Assembly: GCA_002633005.1 (NCBI GenBank)
Contig: NMRA01000390.1
Location: 145,544-209,543 of the forward strand
Length of the DNA stretch: 64,000 nt
Source: Phoronis australis
Taxonomy: Eukaryota; Animalia; Phoronida
Direction: 5' to 3'
Shown here piece after piece: positions 62,263-64,000 of the stretch. The notes beneath the pieces were generated by a model. It worked only from the letters and a program-made list of their open reading frames with translations. It did no database searches and was not told where the DNA came from. How positions within the stretch are numbered: the first letter of the stretch is position 1; each line of letters opens with the position of its first letter. The position numbers and the translations under genes were made by a program.

Positions 62263-62381
62263 CTACTGTTGTTTACAGCTTGCCCTCTTGCCAGAAGCCG
62301 AGTTCTTCCTGCCCTTTTTATCACCAGGGGAACGACGCATGCCTTGTACAGGGGCAATACCTTGTTCATCATATCCTTCAT
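62263..62381 (-). CDS. Terminal coding exon of a gene encoding a CaaX-terminated (CKQQ) protein; upstream exons not identified
   Basis: aatttcAG then the phase-1 frame EGYDEQGIAPVQGMRRSPGDKKGRKNSASGKRASCKQQ*, followed by kilobases of AT-rich UTR-like sequence. Confidence 0.7.
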
Positions 62382-63649
62382 CTGAAATTAAGACATATGA
62401 CAACTTGATTTCTGAATATTACAAAGAATAATAAATCATTACAAGACAAGACAAGACATTAATTATACGACCACAATCATGCACAAACCACAACATTTCA
62501 TTCACATTTAAACATTTAATTTAAGTCATTTTCCCATTAGAAGTGAAACTTTGCTTTTACTGAAGTTTCGGTAAGTCACAGAGAAAGGTTAACTGCGGTA
62601 GTTAATCTGCAAGCGAAACTTCGCTAGTAGAAAATAAAAGCAAAGCTTCGGTGAGTACCGAAGTTTCGGTGTAGTGGGAGCACTAAAAGTAAAGCTTCGT
62701 TGAAGTTATCAGTAGAGATCGCGGCAACACAATACGATCACACGACACTCGCAAAATGTATTTCTTGTTATTGTAGCGCAGCCCACGTGCTCTGAATAGA
62801 CGGAATTGTAAATAAATAAAAGAAAGCATATCTGATGAAGAATGGCACTGATCATTTTCATAAACACTTGTAAATGGCAGGCGAACAATTTTCAGCCTCG
62901 AACAACAACTCAGTATTCGTCTGTTCGATATCGCTGTTTTGACAGAATGGTAAGCAAAGTTTTGGCAAAGAGGAAAGCGACCTTAGAAACAAACCTCATT
63001 CCATGTGTTGCTTAGATATGCATATGCTCTCAGTAGAAAGTTGAGAAACCACAGTCAAATCACAACAACACAACTGCGGTACCACATAATTACATTGAAG
63101 GCCGATCAATGCCATTATGGTTACAAGACTGTCAACAGTTAAGGACGTGTGGTCGACCTTTGGTTTTGTGACTACTTGCTTTTACCAGTTAATTCATAAA
63201 TAAATAATCATCTCCAGACAGAGAAAACAACAAGATGGCCAACATTTAACATTCAATAATTCCTGAAAAAGTTCCACGATATCTATGTAACCTGGGGCCT
63301 GGGCCTATTTTTTTCTCTAAATTGAACTCAAAATAATTTTGGCCAATTTGTATTTAATTTTTGCTATCGAGCAAACTCATTAAGTGGCCATTAGTCTGTG
63401 CTTGAGTACATAACAGATTATACGTATGAGAGTTTTGTCTGAGTGTGCACTGAATGACCCCTATATTCATGCTACGAAGTGAAAACCTGAAATTTCCAGT
63501 TAAAACTCAAACTTTTAGCCTTAATGCTGGGGCCAACTAGTGGAAAGTAATAAAAAAATAAATTTGTGTGGTCTGGTACACGTTGTACCAGATGTGCACA
63601 AGCCGCACATGAGGGCCCATTGCACTGATCATCTGGTACAGTATATTTG

Positions 63650-63791
63650 TGATTTATTAATACGGAGTTAAAACCGAGCTGAGGAGCTAGAGACCTGACT
63701 CAAGGGTCTAGCAGTGTGGACCAGTGGGACTTGAACTCACGACCTCGAGTACAGAAGGCGGGCACCTTTTACACTAGGCCACACTGCCTCC
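63650..63791 (-). mobile_element. tRNA-derived SINE (truncated)
   Basis: Minus strand GGAGGCAGTGTGGCCTAGTG (A box) ... GAGTTCAAGTCCC (B box), followed by a non-tRNA body (acccttgagtcagg); no acceptor stem. Confidence 0.72.
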
Positions 63792-64000
63792 TCTAAGTGC
63801 AAAGTAGGATTAAACAATTATTCATGTCAGCCATCACGTACTGAAGCATTGAACAACAGACACTTATCTTGAGTTTGCACAAAAGTAGAACAGAAAATGA
63901 CAATTAGGTTATTGGATTCAGCATGGCATACATTGCACATGCAACTCAAGGGCACAGTAAGCCCCAGTTACATGACAACCCAAATGTAACTCAAGAAATC

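Noticed and set aside
62163-62381. 72-aa ORF MKDMMNKV as a standalone gene
   Set aside because: Its ATG directly follows a splice acceptor; the alternative frame ending CKQQ is more plausible.
63700-63791. tRNA gene
   Set aside because: A and B boxes are present but acceptor and anticodon stems are broken; better explained as a SINE head.

Overview
Eukaryotic (AT-rich, invertebrate animal-like) draft scaffold with N gaps and single-N contig joins. It holds four spliced genes: a near-complete 21-exon ECT2L-like gene (F-box, DH/RhoGEF and PH domains; minus strand, 52557 to 26565), a complete two-coding-exon NDUFS5-like gene (plus, 22396-24679), the first coding exon of a PDE9-like phosphodiesterase (minus, 14924 to 14837), and the last exon of a gene ending in a CKQQ CaaX motif (minus, 62381 to 62263). 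The rest is repeat-rich: a decayed BEL/Pao retrotransposon, a THAP-domain transposon remnant, Mutator-like long-TIR elements with 9-bp TSDs, Penelope remnants with hammerhead-like motifs, a HIRAN-carrying TIR element, a tRNA-derived SINE, minisatellites and three probable assembly duplications. The most interesting unexplained signal is a ~285-nt multi-hairpin, end-paired, T-run-terminated candidate ncRNA (18006-18294). All calls were made by eye, without database searches.
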